A DNA stretch of 64,000 nucleotides, from contig JBFMAF010000049.1 of NCBI GenBank assembly GCA_040755995.1, positions 157,519-221,518 on the forward strand, given 5' to 3'. The position numbers were made by a program, and so were the translations under genes. Shown one piece after another: positions 1 through 8,239 of the stretch (position 1 is its first letter; each line of letters opens with the position of its first letter). Under the pieces are notes generated by a model, which was not told the origin of the DNA, made no database searches, and worked only from the letters and a program-made list of their open reading frames with translations. This DNA is from Acidobacteriota bacterium (lineage in GTDB: Bacteria; Acidobacteriota; CAIWXX01).

Positions 1-1
1 G

Positions 2-490
2 GTTCTCTCGCTGCCGAACGCCCCCGTCCTCCTCCTCGACGAACCGACGGCGGGGCTGGACCCGGCCGGCAGCCGCGCCTTCCGTGACTGGCTGCAGACC
101 CAGCGCGACGAGGGCAAGACGGTCCTCCTCACCACGCACCGGCTGGAGGACGCCGAGGACCTCGCCGACCAGGTGGCCATCTTGGTCCGCGGGAAACTCG
201 TTGCAGACATGACACCGGCCGAGGTACGACGGCGCGAGGCCGTCGAGGTGTGGCTCAGGATCATCAACTGGAACGTGCGGTACCAGCAGCTTGCGCAGGC
301 GCTCGGCGCCGAGACGCTCTGCGCAGATCCCGGAGGAGACTACGTGTTCGCCGCGCCGGCCGCGCGGGCGGTCGAAATCATGAACGTGCTGCGTGACGAG
401 GGGGCCGAGATTCTCAGATTCACATCGCGATCCTCCCTCGAGACCTTCTACCACCACATCACGAACGAGGAGCGGTATGAGAGCAGTTGA
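2..490 (+). CDS. ABC transporter ATP-binding protein, NosF-like (5' truncated by window edge)
   Basis: Frame from nt 2 reads VLSLPNAPVLLLDEPTAGLDPAG (Walker B/D-loop), then TVLLTTH (H-loop). Followed by nosL- and nosY-like genes. Confidence 0.85.
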   Translation, partial: VLSLPNAPVLLLDEPTAGLDPAGSRAFRDWLQTQRDEGKTVLLTTHRLEDAEDLADQVAILVRGKLVADMTPAEVRRREAVEVWLRIINWNVRYQQLAQALGAETLCADPGGDYVFAAPAARAVEIMNVLRDEGAEILRFTSRSSLETFYHHITNEERYESS

Positions 491-980
491 CAGTTGCCAG
501 TTGTCGGTTGTCAGTTGTCAGTTGGCAGTTGTGAGCCGGCGCCTCGCCGGGGCAAGACGCCTGGTATTCGGCATCGTGCTCGCCGTATGTGCCTTCGCCG
601 GGGCCTGCGGCGGGAGTGCGCCGCAACCGGATCCCATACGTCCCGCAGAGGACTCCTGTGCGTCGTGCCGGATGCAAATATCTCAGCCGAAATACGCAGC
701 CGAGATACTGGCGCCGGACGGGCAGTACCTGAAGTTCGACGACATCGGCTGCTTCCGCTTCTACCTGCAGGCCAATTCGAATCTACAGAACGCGCCGTGC
801 TGGGTGATGGACTTCGAGAACGGACAATGGGTCGAGGCACGCAAGGCCTACTATGCGATCGACACCAAGGAAGTCACTCCGATGGGCTCCAACATCCTAG
901 CCTCCTCCACCTCCGACCGCGCCCGAGCGCAGGCCGCCCGCGTCGTCACGTACGAGGAGATGATGGCCGCGGGCAAGTGA
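477..980 (+). CDS. nosL: NosL-family copper-binding lipoprotein
   Basis: Lipobox-like AGAC, CASCRMQI and KFDDIGC motifs, TPMGS. Start uncertain (ATG 477 or GTG 531). Confidence 0.85.
   Translation: MRAVDSCQLSVVSCQLAVVSRRLAGARRLVFGIVLAVCAFAGACGGSAPQPDPIRPAEDSCASCRMQISQPKYAAEILAPDGQYLKFDDIGCFRFYLQANSNLQNAPCWVMDFENGQWVEARKAYYAIDTKEVTPMGSNILASSTSDRARAQAARVVTYEEMMAAGK
484..532 (+). repeat. 7 x heptamer CRGTTGN tandem repeat
   Basis: cagttga cagttgc cagttgt cggttgt cagttgt cagttgg cagttgt. Confidence 0.95.
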
Positions 981-1153
981 GAATCGGAGAATCGGAGAAT
1001 CGGAGAAACGGAGAAGCGGGGAATCGGGGAAACGGAGACACGGAGACGGGGAGAGACGGAGACGGGGAGACGTGGACGGGGAGATCGGGGAGAAGATGAG
1101 CACGGAGCATCGAGCAACCGAAACCGGGAACCGGGAACCGGGAACCGAGAACC
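981..1153 (+). repeat. Compound intergenic array: ~12 degenerate octamers (GAATCGGA type) followed by heptamers (GAGCANN, AACCGGG)
   Basis: gaatcgga x3, gaaacgga, gaagcggg, gaatcggg, gaaacgga, gacacgga, gacgggga, gagacgga, gacgggga, gacgtgga; then aaccggg x3, aaccgag. Confidence 0.95.
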
Positions 1154-1157
1154 ATTC

Positions 1158-1988
1158 ATGATGGCACGCGCTGTTTACGTGGTTGCGGCGCAGGAGTTCG
1201 TCGTGCTGCTCCGCACGCGATGGGTCGGTGGGTTCAGTGTGCTGTTTCTCGTTCTGGTGAGCGGCTTCGCCTGGTTCGGCACGGCCAACCTAGGCATTGC
1301 CGGCATCCAGGACTTCTCGCGCACGACCGTGAGCCTGGTCAATCTCGTTTGCGCTCTGGCGCCGCTGATGGCGCTCCTGATGGGTGTCTATGGGTTCACG
1401 ATCGAGCCGGGGTCCGAGGAGCTGTTGTTCAGCCAGCCGGTCAGTCGAGTAGCCATCCTTGTGGGGAAAGCCTTGGGCCTGTGCGCAACCCTGTGCCTGT
1501 CGACGCTGATCGGCTTCTGCGCAGCCGGGGCCGTCGTTTCATATCGAGTGGGGACGGCTGGGTTGGGACGGTACCTGCTGTTCATCGGATTGACGCTGCT
1601 GCTCCAGGCGGCCTTCGTCTCAGTGGCCCTCCTGATATCGAGCTTCTTCCAGCACCGGCTGCGCGCAATCGCCGCCGGGCTCGGGACTTGGTTCTTCTTT
1701 GTCTTCCTCTACGATCTGCTGGTCATCGGCTCGACTCTGGGGCTGAAGGGGCGCCTATTCCAGCAGGCGCTGTTCATTTCCGTCTTCTTCAATCCCGTCG
1801 ACCTTGTTCGCGTGAGTCAACTGGTGGCGCTCAACGGGGCGTCCTTCTTCGGGCCCGCAGGCGCCGCCTGGGTCCGCTTCTGCGGCGGCGATCTGAGCCT
1901 GGTGCTTCTGATCGGCGGAGCCGTTCTGCTCTGGACCATCCTCCCGGCCTGGGCCGGCCTGATCGCATATGACCGGCGCGACATGTGA
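1158..1988 (+). CDS. ABC-2 type permease, NosY-like
   Basis: Multi-TM protein with RTTVSLVNL, ELLFSQPVSR..ILVGK and FFNPVDLVR motifs typical of NosY. Context nosF/nosL. Confidence 0.8.
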   Translation: MMARAVYVVAAQEFVVLLRTRWVGGFSVLFLVLVSGFAWFGTANLGIAGIQDFSRTTVSLVNLVCALAPLMALLMGVYGFTIEPGSEELLFSQPVSRVAILVGKALGLCATLCLSTLIGFCAAGAVVSYRVGTAGLGRYLLFIGLTLLLQAAFVSVALLISSFFQHRLRAIAAGLGTWFFFVFLYDLLVIGSTLGLKGRLFQQALFISVFFNPVDLVRVSQLVALNGASFFGPAGAAWVRFCGGDLSLVLLIGGAVLLWTILPAWAGLIAYDRRDM

Positions 1989-1999
1989 CCCAGGTCACA
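1984..1999. promoter_or_regulatory. CRP-type palindrome TGTGA-N6-TCACA
   Basis: tgtga cccagg tcaca, within the palindrome atgtgacc-ca-ggtcacat; centred about 61 nt upstream of the predicted purC TSS. Confidence 0.6.
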
Positions 2000-2016
2000 T
2001 CTGCCCGCGAAGTCGG

Positions 2017-2045
2017 TTGACTCGCTTTGGGTTTTTTCCTACACT
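2017..2045 (+). promoter_or_regulatory. Sigma70-type promoter of purC operon
   Basis: TTGACT - 17 nt - TACACT. Confidence 0.7.
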
Positions 2046-2096
2046 GTCGCAGGAGAGTTGGGACCATCCCGCGACGCGGGGTGGTTATTTGCTTTT

Positions 2097-2999
2097 GTGA
2101 GTGCTACTACAGTCGTAGAAACGAATCTGGCCGGCGTGCGTCTGTTCCGTCGCGGCAAGGTGCGCGACGTTTACGAGCTGCCGCCGGACCGGCTGCTCAT
2201 CGTGGCGACCGACCGCATCTCGGCCTTCGACGCCATTCTTCCCGCGCCGATACCCGACAAGGGCGTCGTGCTGAACCAGCTCTCGCTGTTCTGGTTCGAG
2301 TTGATGCGGGCGATCGTTCCGAATCACGTGGTCGAGAGCGACGCAGACCGTTTCCCGCCGCAACTCGCGCCGTATCGCGAGATTCTCCGCGGGCGATCGG
2401 TGATCGTGCGCAAGGCCGAGGTCGTGCCGTTCGAGTGCGTGGTGCGCGGTTACCTGAGCGGGTCGGGCTGGAAGGAGTACCGCGCCGGCGGGACCATCGG
2501 TGGGGTCCGCATGCCTCCGGGGCTCGTGGAGTCGAGCCGATTGCCGGAGCCCTTCTTCTCGCCCGCGACCAAGGCGGACGTGGGCCACGACATGAACGTT
2601 GATGAGGTGTACATGGACCGCTCGATAGGCGCGGCTCTCACGCGGAGGCTCAGGGAGATCTCGATCGCCATCTATTCCAAGGCGGCGGCGTACGCTCTTG
2701 ATCGAGGCATCATCATCGCCGACACCAAGTTCGAATTCGGGCTCGACGTGAATGGGGAGCTGCTGCTGGTCGACGAGGTCTTAACCCCCGACAGCTCGCG
2801 GTTCTGGCCGTCGGCCGAGTATGCTCCTGGCCGTGCTCAGGCCAGCTTCGACAAGCAGCCGGTCCGCGACTACCTGGAAGCATCAGGGTGGAACAAGCAG
2901 CCGCCGGCGCCTCCGCTGCCCCCTGCTGTCGTCTCCAGCACCCAGGCGCGCTATCGAGAGGCCTACCGCCTGCTGGTCGGGCGGGAGCTGGGTCCGTAA
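2097..2999 (+). CDS. purC: SAICAR synthetase
   Basis: RGKVRDVY, ATDRISAFD, ECVVRGYLSGSGW, IIADTKFEFG, DEVLTPDSSRFW, SFDKQ. Start GTG 2097 (alternative TTG 2058). Confidence 0.97.
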   Translation: MSATTVVETNLAGVRLFRRGKVRDVYELPPDRLLIVATDRISAFDAILPAPIPDKGVVLNQLSLFWFELMRAIVPNHVVESDADRFPPQLAPYREILRGRSVIVRKAEVVPFECVVRGYLSGSGWKEYRAGGTIGGVRMPPGLVESSRLPEPFFSPATKADVGHDMNVDEVYMDRSIGAALTRRLREISIAIYSKAAAYALDRGIIIADTKFEFGLDVNGELLLVDEVLTPDSSRFWPSAEYAPGRAQASFDKQPVRDYLEASGWNKQPPAPPLPPAVVSSTQARYREAYRLLVGRELGP

Positions 3000-3022
3000 C
3001 TCCAACGGAGGTTCAGTCGATC

Positions 3023-3568
3023 ATGGCCACTGTCGATATTGTCCTCGCCGCCATCGTTCTCGTCACGCTCGTCCTGGGATTCCTCCGAGGGGTCGCGAAA
3101 GAGATCATCTCCCTGGCCATCCTGCTCGTGTCGTTCATCGCGGCGTTCTTCCTCTATCCGAGTGTCGCGTCCCTTGCGGGCGGGTTCTTCGCATATCCGG
3201 AGGCGGCCTCGTTCTTCGCGTTCATGGCCGCCTTCACGGGCCCGGTCTTCATCGGAGGGCTCACCATTTTCATCGTGTCCCGGCTGACCGGTCCCAGGCA
3301 GCTCGCGTTCAGCCACAGGGCGCTCGGCGGGGCGCTCGGAGTCCTGCGCGGATGCGCGGCCGGCATGGTGCTGATCATCGCCCTGCTGGCGTTCCCCCTT
3401 CGAAGCCACCCCCTCGATCGCAGCAGCGTCTTCCCCGCGGTTCTGCGCATGGCGCGCGTCGCCAAGAACATCTTCCCCGAGAAGATGGCGATCTCGATCG
3501 AACATGAGAGCGAACGGATCGGAAAAGCGCAGTCTGAGGAGCCTCCAGATGGACGAAAGCCGAAGTGA
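3023..3568 (+). CDS. cvpA: CvpA (colicin V production) family membrane protein
   Basis: VDIVL..GFLRGVAKEII and RALGGALGVLRG motifs; SD ggagg; adjacent to a purine gene. Confidence 0.85.
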   Translation: MATVDIVLAAIVLVTLVLGFLRGVAKEIISLAILLVSFIAAFFLYPSVASLAGGFFAYPEAASFFAFMAAFTGPVFIGGLTIFIVSRLTGPRQLAFSHRALGGALGVLRGCAAGMVLIIALLAFPLRSHPLDRSSVFPAVLRMARVAKNIFPEKMAISIEHESERIGKAQSEEPPDGRKPK

Positions 3569-3794
3569 GACACGGCGCGTGACATTGAAGCACCGGACCG
3601 AGAGTCTGGTGCGTGAGATGTTGGAGCGGGGCATCTTCTTCGACGAGGCAAAGAGGGAATTCGAAAAGACGTTCGTGGCCGTGGCCCTTGACCACGCCCG
3701 TCACAACCAGTGCAAGGCGGCCAAGATCCTGGGCATTCATCGAAACACGTTGATCTCGAAGATCCGCCAGCTCGGCCTCAACCACAAGAAGTAG
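3549..3794 (+). CDS. Stand-alone Fis-type HTH protein
   Basis: FEKTFVAVALDHARHNQCKAAKILGIHRNTLISKI is an HTH_8 signature. Confidence 0.88.
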   Translation: MDESRSETRRVTLKHRTESLVREMLERGIFFDEAKREFEKTFVAVALDHARHNQCKAAKILGIHRNTLISKIRQLGLNHKK

Positions 3795-4051
3795 GCACAC
3801 TGGTGCCGCCGAGGCTCCGGTCATCCGGACGGCGCCGGCATGTCGTCGGGACCGCCTTTGGTTTTGTCCCTTCGTTTCGTTCCTCGGCACTTGTAAAAAA
3901 CTATCGACTCAAGTAAAAACGTCTGTGGCTTACCGGGAAGGTGTTCCAGCAGCGCGCCAGAGGCGGGTGAGTTGACGAGTCAAGATCTTGGGGCGATACG
4001 CAGGCGGCAATCATACGGATCGGCATTGACGGAAGCCGGCGGCGGTTGTCC

Positions 4052-4087
4052 GTTCGCGTCCATGTCGACCTCTACGTTCACGAACGC
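4052..4087 (+). repeat. GTNNAC-type hexamer array
   Basis: gttcgc gtccat gtcgac ctctac gttcac gaacgc. Confidence 0.6.
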
Positions 4088-4120
4088 GGCCGCATCAGGG
4101 GATAGGCCGGTAGCTTGAAT

Positions 4121-5587
4121 ATGTTGGAGACGGGATTCCCGCACCGCGACCTCATGACGAGGCTTTTCGGAGACAACGCCCACCTGGTAGGTGGTGTGGT
4201 GCGCGATGCCCTGCGAGGCAAACCCACCACCGACTGGGATCTCCTGGTCACCGGCGTGCCGCTCGATGAGATCGTGGAGCGCCTTCGGCCGCATGGACGC
4301 GTCGACTGCGTCGGCAGGAGCTTCGGGGTGATCAAGTTCACGACGGAGCAGGGTGTCGCCGCGCCGGTGACATACGACGTGGCGCTGCCGCGCAGCGACT
4401 TCCTCCTGGACCCCATGACGAGGAATCACAAGAACTTCCGCATCCAATGCGATCCGATGCTCCCGGTCGAGGTGGATCTCGAACGGCGTGACTTCCGTAT
4501 GAACAGCATGGCCGTGCGGCTCTCCGACGGCGTGCTGATCGACCCGTTCGATGGTCGACGTGATATCGAAGAGCGATTGATACGCGTGACCAATCCTTCG
4601 AGGTTCGCGGACGATCCGCTGAGGGTTATCCGGCTCGCCCGCTTCGCCGCTACTCTCGAGTTCGCCGTGGATGCGTCGCTTTACGAGCTGTGCAACGAAG
4701 TTCCGCTTGAAGGGCTGAGCGTCGAGCGGATCCGGGACGAGATGCTGAAAATGATGCTCGACGCCAGGAGTCCCGGCACAGGATTCCACGAGATGCTGAA
4801 GCTTGGAGCGCTCAGGGCGCTCTTCCGCGAGATCTACGCCATGACGCTCTGCATCCAGGACGCGCTGTTCCACCCCGAGGCAGATGAGTACGGGCACCAT
4901 ACCGTCTTCCACCACACCCTGCTGGTGATGAACCACGCGCAACGGTTGTGCGACCGGGCCGGGTTGGACCGCGGCCGCCGTCTCGTCATGCTTCTGGCCG
5001 CGTTGCTTCACGACGTGGCCAAGCCACAGACGACCGCCTGGGAGTACCGCCATGGACGTTTGTGCCTGACCTCGGTCCGGCACGATTCGCTCGGTGCCGA
5101 CATGGCGGCCCAGTTTCTGAAGCGTTTCCGCATCTTCTCGTATGAAGGGTTGGATCTGCAACGTGCAGTGTGCGGGTTGGTGCGGACGCATTTGAGGCCG
5201 CTGGAGCTGTGGGTCCATCGTCATCAGGTGACGAAGAAGGCGTTTGCCAGACTCGCGGCCGACGTTGACGGCGAGACCGACCTGCTGGTGCTTCTCGATC
5301 AGGCCGACCGCGCGGGCAGGAGCGAATCGCCGGTCGACCAGCTTGACGACCGCGCGCTGTGGCTGAAGGCGCAGTTCGAGGGTTACCGGATAACGCGCGA
5401 GACCCTGAGACCGATGGTGATGGGCCGCGACCTGCTCGAGATCGGGTTCGAGCCGGGAAAGGCCATGGGGCAGGTGCTGAAGGTGCTGCATGGGATGCAG
5501 ATCGACGGGCTGTTCGAGACGAGGGAAGAGGGAGTGGCGCTGGCGCCCGAGGTGGCGATGAAACTGTTCGGAAAGGACAGATGCTAG
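4121..5587 (+). CDS. cca: CCA tRNA nucleotidyltransferase with HD domain
   Basis: LVGGVVRD, DWD, DLERRDFRMN, DDPLRVIR, LSVERIRDE, HTVFHHT..LLHDVAKP. Confidence 0.92.
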   Translation: MLETGFPHRDLMTRLFGDNAHLVGGVVRDALRGKPTTDWDLLVTGVPLDEIVERLRPHGRVDCVGRSFGVIKFTTEQGVAAPVTYDVALPRSDFLLDPMTRNHKNFRIQCDPMLPVEVDLERRDFRMNSMAVRLSDGVLIDPFDGRRDIEERLIRVTNPSRFADDPLRVIRLARFAATLEFAVDASLYELCNEVPLEGLSVERIRDEMLKMMLDARSPGTGFHEMLKLGALRALFREIYAMTLCIQDALFHPEADEYGHHTVFHHTLLVMNHAQRLCDRAGLDRGRRLVMLLAALLHDVAKPQTTAWEYRHGRLCLTSVRHDSLGADMAAQFLKRFRIFSYEGLDLQRAVCGLVRTHLRPLELWVHRHQVTKKAFARLAADVDGETDLLVLLDQADRAGRSESPVDQLDDRALWLKAQFEGYRITRETLRPMVMGRDLLEIGFEPGKAMGQVLKVLHGMQIDGLFETREEGVALAPEVAMKLFGKDRC

Positions 5588-5620
5588 TCAGATGACAAGA
5601 AGCCCGGGAGCCGCGGCACG

Positions 5621-6304
5621 ATGAACGACATCGTCTCATTGGTCGCGGCCCACCGGTTCAAGATCATCATCGCCGTTCTTCTGTTGTTCTGCCTTTACCG
5701 CGGCCTCAGGCGGATTGTACTATTCGGCCGAGCCGGTTGGAGGAAAGTGGCCCATCGGCCGGGCTATGCAAGCGAACCCCCGGGGGGTCACTTCTTCTGG
5801 GCCTGCATCTGGTTTGCACTGGTCGCCGCGGCCGGCTTCTTGATTGTTTTCGCTCTTGTGCTGGATACTCAGTACGAGCCCGTTGGTGGAGCAAGCAGGG
5901 TGGGAACCCTGACATGCGACGGCAGGTCGGTGCATCTGAAGCCGGCAGAGGCAGGTCGGAAGCCGGCATCGCGCGTCTCCCTGACGGCCAGGCAGTGGGC
6001 GGTCCGCGGCACTTTCCTGACTTTCGGGCAGGCCCTCCAGTATGCCGGTCTGCGTGACTCGCACCGCGTCCAGGAAGTCGTGGGCAGGGATCGTCCGGCC
6101 ATCCCGGACGAGGCGCGAGTCCTGGGACGGCTTGCACCGGTCGAGCCCATCTTCTCCTTTATACATCGCTTCGACCGTTACATACCCCTCTTGGAAACCA
6201 GGGTCGTCACCTCCCCCTATCTCGACCGCGCTCCAGGAACGTGGACCCTGTTCGCCTTCGGAGGAGGCTACTCCTTCGCCTCCCCCGCCGGTCCACGGAA
6301 GTGA
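5621..6304 (+). CDS. Hypothetical membrane protein (2 TM plus soluble domain)
   Basis: Two hydrophobic segments; stop overlaps the start of the sigma factor gene. Confidence 0.6.
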   Translation: MNDIVSLVAAHRFKIIIAVLLLFCLYRGLRRIVLFGRAGWRKVAHRPGYASEPPGGHFFWACIWFALVAAAGFLIVFALVLDTQYEPVGGASRVGTLTCDGRSVHLKPAEAGRKPASRVSLTARQWAVRGTFLTFGQALQYAGLRDSHRVQEVVGRDRPAIPDEARVLGRLAPVEPIFSFIHRFDRYIPLLETRVVTSPYLDRAPGTWTLFAFGGGYSFASPAGPRK

Positions 6305-6858
6305 TGATGGACTTCGCCAAAGAAGAACTGTTCGAGAGGATCTTCAAGGAACAGAGCCAGAAGATATTCCGATGGATCTACCAGCGATGCCGCGACAAAG
6401 GGGTCAGCGAGGACATCACTTCCGAGTGCTTCATCCGCACCTTCGAACGCTACTCAGGGTCCGAGACCGATCTGATCCGGATTCTCTATCGCGTAGCCGA
6501 CAACCTGCTCACCGACTTCTTCCGCGACAGGATCCGCCGGGAGCGGCTGACCGGGCGGCTGACGAAGGAGACGAGCGGAGCGGGTGCGTCATCGCCGGAG
6601 CGGGAGGTGGTGGAGCGGGAGGAGGAACACGCGGCGGGCAAGACTGTGCAGCAAGTCAGGCTCATCCTCCAGGATTCCACCCGGCTCAACGATATGCACA
6701 AGCGCTACCTATTCATGCGCCTCTTCGAGAACAAAATGCCGAAGGAGATAGCCGCGGAGCTCTCGACAGACTACATCCAGGTGAAAAACTACCTGCAGTA
6801 CGGGCTCAAGATCCTGAAGGAGGAGTTGCAGCGTGCCAGCCGGGCTGGAATGGCTTGA
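6304..6858 (+). CDS. ECF (sigma24-type) RNA polymerase sigma factor
   Basis: Region 2 (FERIF..IFRWIY..SEDITSECF..LYRVADN) and region 4 (MPKEIAAEL..VKNYLQYGLKILK). Confidence 0.88.
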   Translation: MMDFAKEELFERIFKEQSQKIFRWIYQRCRDKGVSEDITSECFIRTFERYSGSETDLIRILYRVADNLLTDFFRDRIRRERLTGRLTKETSGAGASSPEREVVEREEEHAAGKTVQQVRLILQDSTRLNDMHKRYLFMRLFENKMPKEIAAELSTDYIQVKNYLQYGLKILKEELQRASRAGMA

Positions 6859-7249
6859 GGGGAGAATCACGTTGCGGTTGAGTCAAGTCTTGGGATCGCC
6901 ATCGCCACAGCCAACGGCGGCGCGTGCCGGTTCGCGATCCCGATCGGCTACGCGTACGGCTACGGGTGCCGTGGCCTCCGGCCTGGGTACGGCGAAGTGG
7001 GTCAACCTTCATTCGCCCGATGCCGCGCCTCGCCCACGGATGAACCGGGTGCCGGGAGCCCGTCAGCCCGCGACTGAGCAGATGGACCGGGGTCTCCCCC
7101 CTTTATTTTCAATCACTTAGCACGTACGGGCCTTGATGGTGAGATCGGTCACTTGCTTTTTTTCATGCTCTTGTGGCAGGATTCCGTTATTAGAAATGGA
7201 GTGGTGAGAAGACCTTGTACAGAAGTGGAAATCGAATAGGAGAAGCTCA

Positions 7250-7978
7250 ATGGGTCAGTACTTAGGCCGGTTGGAGAGGGAAGTCGTATCTGCCAGCCCG
7301 GCGGAGTTCGTGTCATCCCGCAGGCTCGGGTGCCCGACGGAAACGGAGCTGCGGGCTTATTCTTTCGGGTATCTGCCATTATTCGATCGCATTCGTATGT
7401 CCCGTCACGTTCATCGTTGTGTGTCCTGCTACGCGACCACGGTCGAGGTTCGGAATTCGGAGGCCGCGGATCAGATCGAAGACATCCCGACAGCGACGAT
7501 CCGGGCACGCGTTCTCATGGGGCTTGGCGAGCGCGCCCGCGTGGTTCCTTCGTGGTGGAAACGACCCGCAATGGCCCTGGCCGCCTCGCTGGCAGTGGTC
7601 GCCCTGTCCCTCGGCATCTTCTTGCGGCAATCGCCCCAGCACGAGCCTGTGTTCCGCGGCAAGGAGTTCCGAATCCAGGCAGAGATCTCTCAGAGCCCCG
7701 GGAGCGGGATAGAGATCCGGTGGAAGAGCGATCAACAGGCGCAGTACTACAACCTCGACATCTACCGGGCAGATCTCGAGGAGGTCATCTTCAAGACGCG
7801 GTTGGAGGCCACGAAATATCGGCTGTCCGATGCGGAGAGGGCGCTCCTGCGAGCAGGTGAGCGGTACTACTGCCGCGTCGTCGGGTTCAACGAGTTCAAC
7901 GAGAAGGTCGCGAGCTCCGAGAGTTTGTCCTTCGCCGTGGATCAGAAGAGCTCGGGCATCCTCGCCGCCACCGAGTAG
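7250..7978 (+). CDS. Zinc-binding (ZAS/zf-HC2) transmembrane anti-sigma factor with FN3-like extracytoplasmic domain
   Basis: CP..EL..Y, HVHRCVSC (HxxxCxxC), one TM, VFRG motif, beta-rich W..Y..Y domain; SD aggag. Confidence 0.8.
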   Translation: MGQYLGRLEREVVSASPAEFVSSRRLGCPTETELRAYSFGYLPLFDRIRMSRHVHRCVSCYATTVEVRNSEAADQIEDIPTATIRARVLMGLGERARVVPSWWKRPAMALAASLAVVALSLGIFLRQSPQHEPVFRGKEFRIQAEISQSPGSGIEIRWKSDQQAQYYNLDIYRADLEEVIFKTRLEATKYRLSDAERALLRAGERYYCRVVGFNEFNEKVASSESLSFAVDQKSSGILAATE

Positions 7979-8239
7979 GACCCCGCCGCCCCCGCGCCCC
8001 GGCGCGCACGGAGGCTGGTGGTGTCCTCGCCGGCACAAAGCGCGGCTATACGCTCTCTTCGTAGAGGCATACGCCGGAGTGTATCCGCGGCTTGCGAGGG
8101 AGCAGTGTGAGCCTGGACTCACCGGCGGCAAGCGATCACGCCCGGCACGTCGAATGTGCTTGCCGCGCATTCCGGTTCTGAGCTAAGATCCGGCTCTGGT
8201 CGGTATGATTTTCCGCTGTTCATCAAAGGAGTCGTCGAC

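Noticed and set aside
981..1153. Possible CRISPR array
   Set aside because: Units are 7-8 nt with no unique spacers, and no cas genes are present.
1..1988. Complete nitrous oxide reductase cluster
   Set aside because: nosZ and nosD are not in the window, and nosFLY-like genes also occur without nosZ.
3800..3890. c-di-GMP riboswitch or hammerhead ribozyme
   Set aside because: Core motifs (GCAAAC..GAAA..GACGCAAAG; CTGANGA) are not present on either strand.
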